Origin: a cyanobacterium endosymbiont of Braarudosphaera bigelowii
GTDB lineage: Bacteria; Cyanobacteriota; Cyanobacteriia; Cyanobacteriales; Microcystaceae
NCBI RefSeq assembly: GCF_020885515.1
Contig: NZ_AP024987.1
Location: forward strand, 780,001-812,000
Direction of reading: 5' to 3'
Length of the DNA stretch: 32,000 nucleotides
In this document: positions 1 through 10,051 of the stretch, in pieces
How positions within the stretch are numbered: the stretch's first letter is position 1
Layout of the letters: every line of letters starts with the position of its first letter
The notes under the pieces: generated by a model
Seen by the model: only the letters and a program-made list of their open reading frames with translations
The model's database searches: none
What the model was told of the DNA's origin: nothing
Program-made: the position numbers and the translations under genes

Positions 1-1476
1 GTTGATCAACTTAATCCAAAGTTCAATAAAGCTTTTCAAGATATGGAATCTTTAGAAAGTGGAAAAATTTCTAATCCTGACGAAAAAAGAATGGTTGGAC
101 ATTATTGGTTAAGAGCTCCAGAACTAGCCCCTAATGATGAAGTAAGAAAAGAAATTACTGAACCTTTGATTAGAATTAAACAATTCGTTGAAAAAATTCA
201 TCAAGGTACTATTAAACCGCCGTCAGCAGATAAGTTTACTGATATACTTTGCGTAGGTATCGGAGGCTCAGCGTTAGGACCTCAATTTGTATCAGAGGCG
301 CTATCTCCTGACAAACCATCTATGTTTATTCACTTCATTGATAATACAGATCCAGAGGGAATAGATAAAACCATTTATAAAATTGGTGAACGTCTTAAAA
401 GCACTTTGGTAATTGTTACTACTAAATCTGGGAAGACGCCTGAAACTCGAAATGGGATGTTGGAAGTTGAACGTGCCTATAAAATGAAAGGCCTGAAATT
501 TGAATCCCATGCTGTTGCAGTTACTATGCCAGGTAGTATCATGGATGAGCTAGCAAGTAAATGGCTCGAAAGGTTTCCTATGCAAGATTGGGTAGGGGGA
601 AGAACCTCTGAATTATCTGCTGTTGGTTTATTACCCGCTGCTTTACAAGGAATTGACATTGATGAAATGTTAATTGGAGCTAAAGAAATGGACGAAGCTA
701 CTAGGGTAAAATCTTTAAAAGATAATCCTTCTGCGTTACTAGCTTTAGCTTGGTATTTTTCTGGAAACGGCAAGGGAGAGAAGGATATGGTTGTTCTTCC
801 ATATAAGGATAGTTTACTTCTTTTTAGCCGCTATTTACAACAACTAGTAATGGAATCTCTAGGTAAAGAAAAAGATCTTGACGGAAATATAGTTCATCAG
901 GGTATTGCTGTATATGGCAATAAAGGATCTACAGATCAACATGCATATGTTCAACAACTTAGGGATGGAGTCTCTAATTTTTTTGCTACTTTTATTGAGG
1001 TGCTTAAGGATGGACAGAATCATCCTTTAGAATTAGAACCTGGAGTAACATCAGGTGATTATTTATCTGTTTTTTTACAAGGAACTAGACAAGCATTGTA
1101 TGAAAACAAAAGAGATTCTATTACAATAACCATACCTGAAGTGAAGCCTCGTACGATAGGGGCTTTAATTGCTATGTATGAAAGAACAATTAGCTTTTAT
1201 GCCTCTTTAGTGAATATTAATGCTTACCATCAGCCTGGAGTAGAGGCAGGCAAACAAATGGCTGCTTCAATATTGGATCTACAGACTAAAGTACAAACAG
1301 TAATGAAACAAACAACTGGAAAGATAAATATTGAGACTTTAGCATTACAGACAGGGTATCCTGAAGAAGTGGAGGCAGTCTATAAAATTGTTCGTCATCT
1401 TGCAGCAAATAACCGTAATATTGTCCTAGAAGGAGACTTCTCTAATTTATTAAGTTTAGAGGTTTCAGCAATTTAA
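1..1476 (+). CDS. pgi: glucose-6-phosphate isomerase, 5' end outside window
   Basis: ORF 43..1476 contains [45 protein letters not shown] and [15 protein letters not shown], typical of cyanobacterial Pgi. The same frame is open from base 1 ([21 protein letters not shown]), so the true start lies upstream of the window. Confidence 0.96.
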   Translation, partial: VDQLNPKFNKAFQDMESLESGKISNPDEKRMVGHYWLRAPELAPNDEVRKEITEPLIRIKQFVEKIHQGTIKPPSADKFTDILCVGIGGSALGPQFVSEALSPDKPSMFIHFIDNTDPEGIDKTIYKIGERLKSTLVIVTTKSGKTPETRNGMLEVERAYKMKGLKFESHAVAVTMPGSIMDELASKWLERFPMQDWVGGRTSELSAVGLLPAALQGIDIDEMLIGAKEMDEATRVKSLKDNPSALLALAWYFSGNGKGEKDMVVLPYKDSLLLFSRYLQQLVMESLGKEKDLDGNIVHQGIAVYGNKGSTDQHAYVQQLRDGVSNFFATFIEVLKDGQNHPLELEPGVTSGDYLSVFLQGTRQALYENKRDSITITIPEVKPRTIGALIAMYERTISFYASLVNINAYHQPGVEAGKQMAASILDLQTKVQTVMKQTTGKINIETLALQTGYPEEVEAVYKIVRHLAANNRNIVLEGDFSNLLSLEVSAI

Positions 1477-1514
1477 CTATTTGGGTGGGTATAGCCCACC
1501 CAAATAGTTAAATT
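1470..1514. terminator. hairpin between convergent pgi and lpxC, likely bidirectional terminator
   Basis: Perfect 20-bp inverted repeat aatttaactatttgggtggg / cccacccaaatagttaaatt with 5-nt loop tatag. It overlaps the pgi stop codon. Confidence 0.7.
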
Positions 1515-1586
1515 ATTTTAGGGACTGTAAATATTTGGTTTAATAAACACATAATTAAACATATCTGAACTTACTTGCTTAATATA

Positions 1587-2408
1587 TTACTGATTAATTT
1601 GAGCTATTTTTTGTGCTAATTGAACATGGAGCTTATGACTAGCTTTATACGCTATAAAATGAGCTCGAGGTATAAATCCTAGTAAACTAAGATCTCCTAC
1701 TAAGTCTAATAATTTATGTCGTACAGGCTCATCACTAAATCTTAGGGGAGGATTTATCCAATCTTGGTGATTGCAAATTAATGCATTTTCAAAGCTTCCT
1801 CCTTTAATTAATCCAGCTTGTCTTAAATTATCAATTTGATCAATAAAACCAAACGTTCTTGCAGGGGCAATAAAATCAATAAAAGGTTCTTCCTTAGGAT
1901 TCCAACTAGCCCATTGATTTCCAATAACCTTATAAATAAAGTTGATTCCGTAAGTAAAACATATCTCTGGTGCAGGAATCGCTGCAACAAAAGCATCTTT
2001 ATCTTGTACCCAAATTGGTTTTAGGATAGGAGCGCCCTCTTGTATACTCGAAAAAGCAAAGCCTGAAGCAGTAAAGGCATCAACCCAATTCTTTGCTGAA
2101 CCATCTAGTAAAGGAACTTCTGTTCCATTAATTTCTATACGAGCATTTTTAATTCCACATCCAGTTAACGCACCTAATAAATGTTCTACTGTCCGAACAG
2201 TAATATTTTTATCGGACAATTCTGTAGACAATATAGTTTGACCAACTTTAGAAACCTGGGCAGGAATCACTGGATTACTAAAAAGATCTACCCTAATAAA
2301 ATGATGTCCTTGATTATAATAATTAGGTATTATTTTTACCTGAGTTTCTTTTCCAGAATGTAGGCCAACACCTGACACTTTAAACTTTACATCCATATCT
2401 ATATTCAT
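1587..2408 (-). CDS. lpxC: UDP-3-O-acyl-N-acetylglucosamine deacetylase
   Basis: 273 aa with [51 protein letters not shown] and [16 protein letters not shown], characteristic LpxC motifs. Confidence 0.95.
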   Translation of the reverse strand: MNIDMDVKFKVSGVGLHSGKETQVKIIPNYYNQGHHFIRVDLFSNPVIPAQVSKVGQTILSTELSDKNITVRTVEHLLGALTGCGIKNARIEINGTEVPLLDGSAKNWVDAFTASGFAFSSIQEGAPILKPIWVQDKDAFVAAIPAPEICFTYGINFIYKVIGNQWASWNPKEEPFIDFIAPARTFGFIDQIDNLRQAGLIKGGSFENALICNHQDWINPPLRFSDEPVRHKLLDLVGDLSLLGFIPRAHFIAYKASHKLHVQLAQKIAQINQ

Positions 2409-2433
2409 GATAAATAGTAACTGTCTATATTAA

Positions 2434-4641
2434 TTAAAATCTTTCTCCAATTCCAAAATGAACACGAGAATCACCTTCATTATTAATTCCATAATCCACT
2501 CTAATTGGCCCAACAGGTGATTGTATTCTAAGTCCAATACCGTATCCATAACCGTCACTAGGTAATCCTCTCACCACACCAGGAATTCCACGTACAGACC
2601 TTTGAGATTTTATTGTAGTACCATAATCAAAAAAGATAGAAGCTCCTACTGCAGGAATAATAGGAAGACGATATTCCGCTGTAGCTTGAAAGTAACTACG
2701 CCCATTTCCAACTTCTCCTTCAGCATAACCACGTATTGAATTACTTCCACCTATAACAAAAGCTTCGTAAGGAGGTAAATCTTCGAAAACTGTACCTAAC
2801 TGTATATTAAATGCAAAAGCTTGAGGTTTAGGCTGATTTTCTTCAATAAAACCTAAATCAATTAAATTAACTGGAATATAGTAACTATAATTTCCTCGTA
2901 AACGTGTAAACCCAATGCTACCTGAACCAATCGGTACTGTTTGTTCCATCCCTAAACGAATAACATGCCCACTGGTAGGCCGTAGAGGATTATTTCGAAA
3001 ATCCTGAGCGGCAGCAAAAGTTAATGTATATAAATCGTCACGACCTGAATCGCTAAAGGAAAGAGGTTGTTCTGGATAACCGTTTATAGGAGCAGAGAGA
3101 GGAGCAATATCACCATCAGCATTTTCTATCAATACTCGTTGATAATTCAACCCAGCAGTCAGTCTCCAATCAGGTTTACTAAAAGGATCGGCTCCTAATG
3201 GACGAGCAAAAGAGACTCCTCCTCCTGTACGTATAACTCTGGGACTGTCAAAACCATTCATGGTTCTGATCGAACTATCATCTCCATCAAATACAAGAGA
3301 AATGGTACGACGGCGAAATCCATTCACAGTATAAGCTGTACGATAGGGATCTCCTGCAATCCAAGGATCTGTAAAGTTAACATCGAGCAGTAATTCTCTC
3401 TCACCAACTTGTATTTCACCACCAATAGTTTGTCCATTGCCTCCCAAATTTTGTTCTTGATAACTTATTGTCCCAAATAATCCACTACTAGAACTAATAC
3501 CAGTTCCGGCAGCAAGTGATCCGGTATTTCCTTCCACCAGATCAACATTTACGATAACTTCCCTTAAGTCTTCTCCTGGACTAAAAGAAATCCTTACATC
3601 TTCAAATAAACCTAAACCAAATATACGTTGTAGATCAAATTGAGCTGTTTTTCGATTAAACACACTACCTGGTTTTAGCTGCATCTCTCGAGTAACTATG
3701 AAATCACGAGTTCCACCATTTACGGGTTCATCTTCAGCATTAAAAAAACGAACTTTTATATTTTCTATGACTCCTTCAGCAATAATTAAAGTAATGATGC
3801 CATCGTCACTTACTGCAGGAGAACCTATTACTTGAGCAAGATCAAAGCCTTGTTCAGCATACCACTCATTAATTTTCTTAATACCTTTTTGAAGATCTCT
3901 AAGATTAAGAGTTTTATTATATTGTTGGCCAAAAATTTTCTGAACCGTTTCAGGAAGCAATGCTCTTTGATCTTTGATATCAGGAACTGTATTAACAACT
4001 ACTTGCTTTAGAATTGGATTAACTTTGACAGCATAGGTAATTTGTACTCCTAGAGGAGTGTCAGTAGGAGTAACTTGAACATTTGCAAAGTAGCCAGTTG
4101 CATAAATAGCGTTAACATCTTGTTGTAACTCAGAACGTGTAGTCGTGCGTCCTGGTTTTGTTTGAAGGATATTATATATTAAGTTTTCTAATTCTTCGTC
4201 TGCTCCTTTGACTATTACCTCTGCTACTAAAATTCTTGGCTCTTCTTCTAACGTTTCTTGTTTTTTTATTTCACTTATTTTTGTTTCTTGTAAAGTAAAA
4301 GTTTCTGATAAGTTTATATCTTTAAATGTATTAGATGAAGATTCTTCTAATTGAGCAGTATAAAAAGTTTTCTGTAATTCTGAAATCGATTTTGTAATGA
4401 TTGTATTTTTTACAGCTGATACTTTGAAAGAAGAATTAGTTAAATTCGATAAATTATCAGAATACTTTCTTAGGTTTAAATGACCAGAAAACTCTTGTTG
4501 AATTTCTTGGTCATTTAAGTTCTCTATAAATAACATATCCTGTCCTTTAACAGGTCTACTTATTGACCATACTGTTGTTGTGAGAATAATTCCTAATAAT
4601 GGAGAAAAATGTAACTTTTTGATCTGGTTTACCACTTCCAC
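2434..4641 (-). CDS. bamA: outer membrane protein assembly factor BamA / Omp85 family (POTRA repeats plus C-terminal barrel)
   Basis: 735 aa with a hydrophobic N-terminus, POTRA-like segments (VAEVIVKGADEELENLIYNIL, NPILKQVVVNTVPDI) and C-terminal barrel motifs IGGSNSIRGYAEGEVGNGRSYFQATAEYRLPI and GPIRVDYGINNEGDSRVHFGIGERF. Confidence 0.92.
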   Translation of the reverse strand: MEVVNQIKKLHFSPLLGIILTTTVWSISRPVKGQDMLFIENLNDQEIQQEFSGHLNLRKYSDNLSNLTNSSFKVSAVKNTIITKSISELQKTFYTAQLEESSSNTFKDINLSETFTLQETKISEIKKQETLEEEPRILVAEVIVKGADEELENLIYNILQTKPGRTTTRSELQQDVNAIYATGYFANVQVTPTDTPLGVQITYAVKVNPILKQVVVNTVPDIKDQRALLPETVQKIFGQQYNKTLNLRDLQKGIKKINEWYAEQGFDLAQVIGSPAVSDDGIITLIIAEGVIENIKVRFFNAEDEPVNGGTRDFIVTREMQLKPGSVFNRKTAQFDLQRIFGLGLFEDVRISFSPGEDLREVIVNVDLVEGNTGSLAAGTGISSSSGLFGTISYQEQNLGGNGQTIGGEIQVGERELLLDVNFTDPWIAGDPYRTAYTVNGFRRRTISLVFDGDDSSIRTMNGFDSPRVIRTGGGVSFARPLGADPFSKPDWRLTAGLNYQRVLIENADGDIAPLSAPINGYPEQPLSFSDSGRDDLYTLTFAAAQDFRNNPLRPTSGHVIRLGMEQTVPIGSGSIGFTRLRGNYSYYIPVNLIDLGFIEENQPKPQAFAFNIQLGTVFEDLPPYEAFVIGGSNSIRGYAEGEVGNGRSYFQATAEYRLPIIPAVGASIFFDYGTTIKSQRSVRGIPGVVRGLPSDGYGYGIGLRIQSPVGPIRVDYGINNEGDSRVHFGIGERF

Positions 4642-5147
4642 ACACTCAATAAAGCTATAGCGTTTTTACTGTTATTTGTTGCTTATTGTCAACCTCAGTG
4701 ATAGCTAACAGCTCTAATAGCCGGGCCATACCACCTAAAGGTGTCTAAAACTCTGACTATCACAATAATAGAATGTTCCAAAAAAACTTGTTTTTTGAAA
4801 AAGAATTATTATAAAAAACACTATAGTATTTATGTATAAACAATTTCAGCTCAATTGTAAAATCCATAAAAAACAATTTTCTATATCATTTTATTACTTT
4901 TTCTTTCTAAAATTCTTATTTTAAGAGAATTTAAAGACTATTACGTTAGTATCATTAATTTATTTAAAAAATTGTTTGTTTTTATGAACTTAGAATAAAA
5001 AATATTAAAGTAATATACCTTACTATACAAATAAAATCTAAACTTTAAAATTTAATTGATATTTATGCAATTAATATGCATATAAAAAATAATTTAATTT
5101 TTAAATAAAAAGTATATATTAGCTTTATAAATAATTTTTTAAAATAT

Positions 5148-5945
5148 TTATAGTAGTGAAGCCGAGTATTTATCTAATAATAAAACTGCGTTAGGATGCT
5201 CCCTTAAAAAAGAAGAAGGACATTTTGAAGAAATGTTTTCTCGTAACATCACTTTGACAATTTTTGCCTTATTTTCTCCAAGTGCTAAGCAAAGAATCTT
5301 TTTTGCCGATAGAATCATTGGGATAGTAACAGTTAAAGCATATTTTGGTACTTTATCAATGGATTCAAAATGTTTTTGATATACCTGAGATGAGCGAGTC
5401 TTTATATTTAGTTCAACAATTTTTACTAAGTCAAAATCATTAAAATTTTCTATCTGTGGCTCATTAAAGGCTAAATGTCCATTAGCTCCAATTCCTAAAA
5501 AACAAATATCAATTTGTCGTTTTTTTAGTAATTTAGAATAGCGATTACATTCTTGCAAGGGTTCTAATGAATCTCCAAATAAGTATTGGAATGATTTAGC
5601 TTTAATATGTTTTTCTACTTTTTCGTGAAGATAAGTACGAAAACTCGCAGGATGTTTTTTATCAATATCTAAGTATTCGTCTAAATGGAGAAAATTAATA
5701 CGTGACCAATCAATTTCTTTTATATTTGTTAAAATTTCAAGAAATTTAATTTGAGAATCACCTGTAGCTAATAAAATTGTAACTTCATTTCGCTTATGCA
5801 AAATTTCTGTAAGATAATTTTGTGTAATTTTAGCTGCTTCAGCTGATACGGCATACTTGTCTTCATGTATTTGAACAGTTAAAGAATTCATTGCTAATAT
5901 TTGATTAGTTTTCATAGAATATTTAATGTAACTAAAAAAAGACAT
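5148..5945 (-). CDS. nagB: glucosamine-6-phosphate deaminase/isomerase family protein
   Basis: Contains ATGDSQIKFLEIL, NFLHLDEYLDIDKKHPASFRTYL and ICFLGIGANGHLAFNEP. The true start is probably the internal Met of MNSLTVQIHEDK, near 5891. Confidence 0.85.
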   Translation of the reverse strand: MSFFSYIKYSMKTNQILAMNSLTVQIHEDKYAVSAEAAKITQNYLTEILHKRNEVTILLATGDSQIKFLEILTNIKEIDWSRINFLHLDEYLDIDKKHPASFRTYLHEKVEKHIKAKSFQYLFGDSLEPLQECNRYSKLLKKRQIDICFLGIGANGHLAFNEPQIENFNDFDLVKIVELNIKTRSSQVYQKHFESIDKVPKYALTVTIPMILSAKKILCLALGENKAKIVKVMLRENISSKCPSSFLREHPNAVLLLDKYSASLL

Positions 5946-6027
5946 TGGAACCTTTCTTAAATTTTTATTTAATTTAATAAGATTGAAAATTAGTTGAAAA
6001 CATTTTTTTGTTAAGATTATTTAAATA

Positions 6028-7281
6028 TTAATTTTCAAGATAATACAAGTCTTTCCTTTTCCCCATAGCAAAACCTAAAGATGTTTTTATTGTGCGATTT
6101 GATTGACTAATAAACAAAATAAATGCAACTAAAGCTAAATTACTACTGAGAGTAAAAATAGTTTGATAAGAAAGTTGACTTCCTAAAATACCTATTATTG
6201 GTCCTGCAAGGGCTATTCCAAGATCATAGCCACCTAGACAAACAGAATAAACTTGACCTCTTTCTTGAGGAGATGAGCGATCAGAAACTAAAGCAATAAT
6301 CATAGGCATAAGAATTCCTGCTCCTATCCCTTCAAAAATAGCAGCTAAGAACAATTGCTGACTTCCTGTCGCCTGAGTTAACAAAATCATTGAGCTGAAA
6401 TAAGAAAGAATACTAGCCGTAATAAATAGCCCACGGCCAAATCTATCAGCTACCCTACCTAAAAAAATTCGTGATAAAAAGCTTGTAATAGAAGCCAATG
6501 TATAAAATAAACCTGCACTAAAATCTAAACCTTTTTCTTCTAAAAAGAGAGGTAAAAAAGTTATTATGGTACCAAACAATAATCCAATCAATAATAAAAC
6601 TAATGTTGGAATAATTAAAGAATGACTAGATAATATTTTATGAAAGCTATGAGATAAATTACTATTGTCAGTATCAGAGGAGTCATAATAATTAAGCTTA
6701 GATTCTTTTCTCATTGCTGCAACCAAGAGTAACCCTAAGAGACCACAGCTTCCAGAAACAGTAAATAAAGTAATATATCCAAAATGCTCTTTTAATAAGT
6801 CTCCAAATACAGGACCAATACTCATACCTATGGGTGTTACTAAACTCATATAACCAATTATTCGTCCCCTATGTTTTATAGGTGAAAAATCTATTACTAA
6901 AGCACTATAAGCTGTAGTAAAGGCAGCAATACTGATACCATGAATTGCACGAACAATAGCTAAAGGAAAAATTGTTTGAACAATAAGATAATTTAATGGA
7001 GACAGAGTTGCAATAATAAGTCCTATATAGAGAACTAATTTCCTACTTTTAGTATCAGCTAGATAACCTAATAGTGTGCGAGAAAATAATGATCCCACAG
7101 CAAAACTACCCATAATCAAACCAATTTCAGGTTTTGTTCCACCAAGATGTTCTACATATGTTGGTAAAGTAGGTAATAAAACTGTAATGCTAATCCAAAA
7201 AAATAAGCTTACTCCTAATAAAAGTCCTAAATTTTGTTTTTGCCGAAAGCCGAGATCAGTATAATCCATTAAGATGTCCAC
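6028..7281 (-). CDS. major facilitator superfamily (MFS) transporter
   Basis: 417 aa with multiple hydrophobic segments; GSFAVGSLFSRTLLGYLADTKSRK and SRIFLGRVADRFGRG loops are typical of MFS proteins. Confidence 0.88.
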   Translation of the reverse strand: MDILMDYTDLGFRQKQNLGLLLGVSLFFWISITVLLPTLPTYVEHLGGTKPEIGLIMGSFAVGSLFSRTLLGYLADTKSRKLVLYIGLIIATLSPLNYLIVQTIFPLAIVRAIHGISIAAFTTAYSALVIDFSPIKHRGRIIGYMSLVTPIGMSIGPVFGDLLKEHFGYITLFTVSGSCGLLGLLLVAAMRKESKLNYYDSSDTDNSNLSHSFHKILSSHSLIIPTLVLLLIGLLFGTIITFLPLFLEEKGLDFSAGLFYTLASITSFLSRIFLGRVADRFGRGLFITASILSYFSSMILLTQATGSQQLFLAAIFEGIGAGILMPMIIALVSDRSSPQERGQVYSVCLGGYDLGIALAGPIIGILGSQLSYQTIFTLSSNLALVAFILFISQSNRTIKTSLGFAMGKRKDLYYLEN

Positions 7282-8078
7282 AGAGAATATTTAACTAATA
7301 ATAATATTGTTTTTAACTAAAAAGCTATTTAGTTAAATTAAATAAAATCTGTAAACACAATAATTATAAATCGAAGTTTTTAAAAATTAGTGTTAAATTA
7401 AGAATGTATATAAAAATTGTGAACTTTTAATATTAGATTTAATATTAAAATCTTAAAGCTAATTTGATATTTTTAGTTATGAAACTTATATTGTATTTAG
7501 TCTTTAATTTATTGAATAAATGTTTTTTTGTTTTCTATATACTAGCAAAAGAGCTAATATATATTAATAATTTTTATTGATATATATTAATTAATTTATG
7601 GTGGCTAATATGTTGAATATACATATAAGAGTAATTTTTTTAATATAGAATATTAAATTTCTATTAGAATTTTATATTCTATATGTTATAAAGTATATAA
7701 CCTCTATTTTATAACACTTAAATATTACATATGTAAGATAAAAATATAAAATATGAGAAGTTTTTTAATTAGATACTAAATTCAAAAAAAGTTATTTCAA
7801 ACGACGTTGATCGATTATAAGAATAGTTCTAAGAAAATTTTAGAACTTAATTATCTAGTATAAAATATTATGGGAATAAAGTTTTAGCATTCATAGCGTT
7901 TTTAAGATAACTTATCAAGAAACTGTAAATTCAAAATTCAACAAGATAGATATTGTTATCAATACTTTAGGACCTAAACAAAACTAACATATTAATTAGT
8001 TATTAGACTGTAAAACTCGAGCCTAGAAAGCAAGTCCCATACATTATTTTTTAAAATAAATATTTAAATTTAGATATT

Positions 8079-8702
8079 ATGGCTAAACTATCAACTGAAT
8101 TAGAACAATACTTTTTACAAGAGAAATTATTAAATGATATTAAACTGCTTGATATTCTAAAATTGGCCGGGAAAAGAGTTTTCGGCTTTTTATTTGTGAT
8201 TTTATCTCTTCCTTCTGCTTTACCCATTCCAGCACCTGGCTATTCAATTCCTTTTGGAATATTAATACTTATTTTGGCTTTTCAATTTACTTTAGGAAAT
8301 AGAATTCCCTGGTTTCCTAAAAAACTATTAAATAGCTCCATAAAATTAGAAACTGCAAGAACTTTCATCAAAAAAAGCCAACCATGGTTGAAGCGTATCG
8401 AGTTATTAACTCATCCTCGTATGACTTATATTTGCACTAGTACAGTCGCACGTATCTTTATTGGCTTAATAATTATGCTGATGTCAATTTCTATGATGAT
8501 TCCTATTCCTGGAACAAATACATTACCTGCAATAGGTATTTTTACGATAGGTTTTGGACTGCAAGAAAATGATGGATGTATCACCTTACTTGGACTAGTA
8601 ATTTCTTCAATAGCTAGTGTCTTATCTGCATCGATTCTTATGGTTGCTGTTTGGAGTGGAAGTACACTCATTGAAGTAATTAGAAACTACCTTGTAATTT
8701 AA
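8079..8702 (+). CDS. exopolysaccharide synthesis ExoD-family membrane protein
   Basis: 207 aa; ILSLPSALPIPAPGYSIPFGILILILAFQFTLGNRIPWFPKKLLN and MISIPGTNTLPAIGIFTIGFGLQENDGCI-type pattern of the ExoD family. Confidence 0.8.
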   Translation: MAKLSTELEQYFLQEKLLNDIKLLDILKLAGKRVFGFLFVILSLPSALPIPAPGYSIPFGILILILAFQFTLGNRIPWFPKKLLNSSIKLETARTFIKKSQPWLKRIELLTHPRMTYICTSTVARIFIGLIIMLMSISMMIPIPGTNTLPAIGIFTIGFGLQENDGCITLLGLVISSIASVLSASILMVAVWSGSTLIEVIRNYLVI

Positions 8703-8878
8703 AACTTGTTTAGAACTTATTAGTAAAATGAATCTAATATTTTTTGGCAAATTATGTCAAAAGCATACTTGATAATTAATTACTTTCATAGAATAACTTG
8801 TTTTATTTATCTTCAAATCAAAATCATTAATATAATAACAATAATTTACGATTACTACTAATTAAATAACAAATAGAA

Positions 8879-9922
8879 ATGGCAAAGATATTAATAGGCT
8901 TATTATTTGGTGGATCTTCAGAAGAACATACGGTTTCTATTAATTCAGCTGCGGCTATTCTTCAAGCATTACAGGCAGGTGATAATTCTTATAAGTACGA
9001 TGTCATACCTATTTATATTCAGAAAAACGGTATTTGGATAGCTGGAAAGATAGCTGAACAAGTTCTAGAAACAAAAAAACCTTTACCGACATTATCTCTG
9101 AAAAAGGAAGATAAATTTCAACTATGGCAATTTCCAACCGAAGTAAGCCAAATAGATGTTTGGTTCCCAGTTTTACATGGACCAAATGGAGAAGATGGAA
9201 CTATTCAAGGCTTACTAAAACTAATGCAAGTTCCTTTTGTTGGAGCTAATGTTTTAGGATCAGCAGTAAGCATGGACAAAATTATAATGAAAACGATATT
9301 TTCACAAATGGAATTACCTCAAGTTAAATATTTAACTTTTGAATATTCTAATACCAAATATTGTTCTCAATTATCTGATGATATTAGAACCAACTTTGGA
9401 TATCCATGTTTTGTTAAACCAGCTAATTTAGGTTCTTCCGTTGGAGTTTCAAAAGTTTACTCTCATAATGAATTAGATATTGCTCTAAAAAATGCAGCTA
9501 GTTATGATAATCGAATTATTATTGAAGAAGGAATTGTAGCTAGGGAATTAGAGTGTGGAGTTTTAGGAAATGATATTCCTAAAGTATCTGTTATAGGAGA
9601 AATTACATTTGAAAATGATTTTTATGATTATGAAGCTAAGTATAAAGACAGTAGTTCTAAGATACATATCCCTGCTAAATTACCAGATCACATAATAGAA
9701 AAAATTCAACAAATCGCTATTCGGGCATTTACTGGAATTAACTGTAAAGGGTTGGCTAGAGTAGATTTTTTCTATGTTGAGGAAACTCAAGAAATTTTTA
9801 TTAACGAAATCAATAGCTTTCCCGGTTTTACAGAATTTAGTATGTATCCAAAGTTATGGATGCAAACAGGATTAAGCTTTAATGAATTAGTAGATAAGCT
9901 AATTGAATTAGCTCTAAAATAA
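8879..9922 (+). CDS. ddl: D-alanine--D-alanine ligase
   Basis: 347 aa; LLFGGSSEEHTVSINSA, VLHGPNGEDGTIQGLL, VKPANLGSSVGVSKV and INEINSFPGFTEFSMYPKL are canonical Ddl motifs. Confidence 0.96.
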   Translation: MAKILIGLLFGGSSEEHTVSINSAAAILQALQAGDNSYKYDVIPIYIQKNGIWIAGKIAEQVLETKKPLPTLSLKKEDKFQLWQFPTEVSQIDVWFPVLHGPNGEDGTIQGLLKLMQVPFVGANVLGSAVSMDKIIMKTIFSQMELPQVKYLTFEYSNTKYCSQLSDDIRTNFGYPCFVKPANLGSSVGVSKVYSHNELDIALKNAASYDNRIIIEEGIVARELECGVLGNDIPKVSVIGEITFENDFYDYEAKYKDSSSKIHIPAKLPDHIIEKIQQIAIRAFTGINCKGLARVDFFYVEETQEIFINEINSFPGFTEFSMYPKLWMQTGLSFNELVDKLIELALK

Positions 9923-9976
9923 ATGAATCAAAAATGAGTATTCATATAGAAGGATAAGAAGTGTCCAATAGTTATT

Positions 9977-10003
9977 TTCCTCTAATAAGAGGAATATTTT
10001 TTT
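9977..10003 (+). terminator. probable intrinsic terminator downstream of ddl
   Basis: Stem ttcctct/agaggaa with loop aata, followed by ta and a run of seven T. Confidence 0.65.
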
Positions 10004-10051
10004 AATTAATAAACAAATTTGTTTTCCATAAAAACTAAATTATGTCATCTT

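Noticed and set aside
301-773. Minus-strand ORFs 301..510 and 477..773
   Set aside because: Antisense shadows of the well-supported pgi reading frame.
1836-2363. Plus-strand ORFs 1836..2024 and 2181..2363
   Set aside because: Antisense to lpxC, with no coding-like features.
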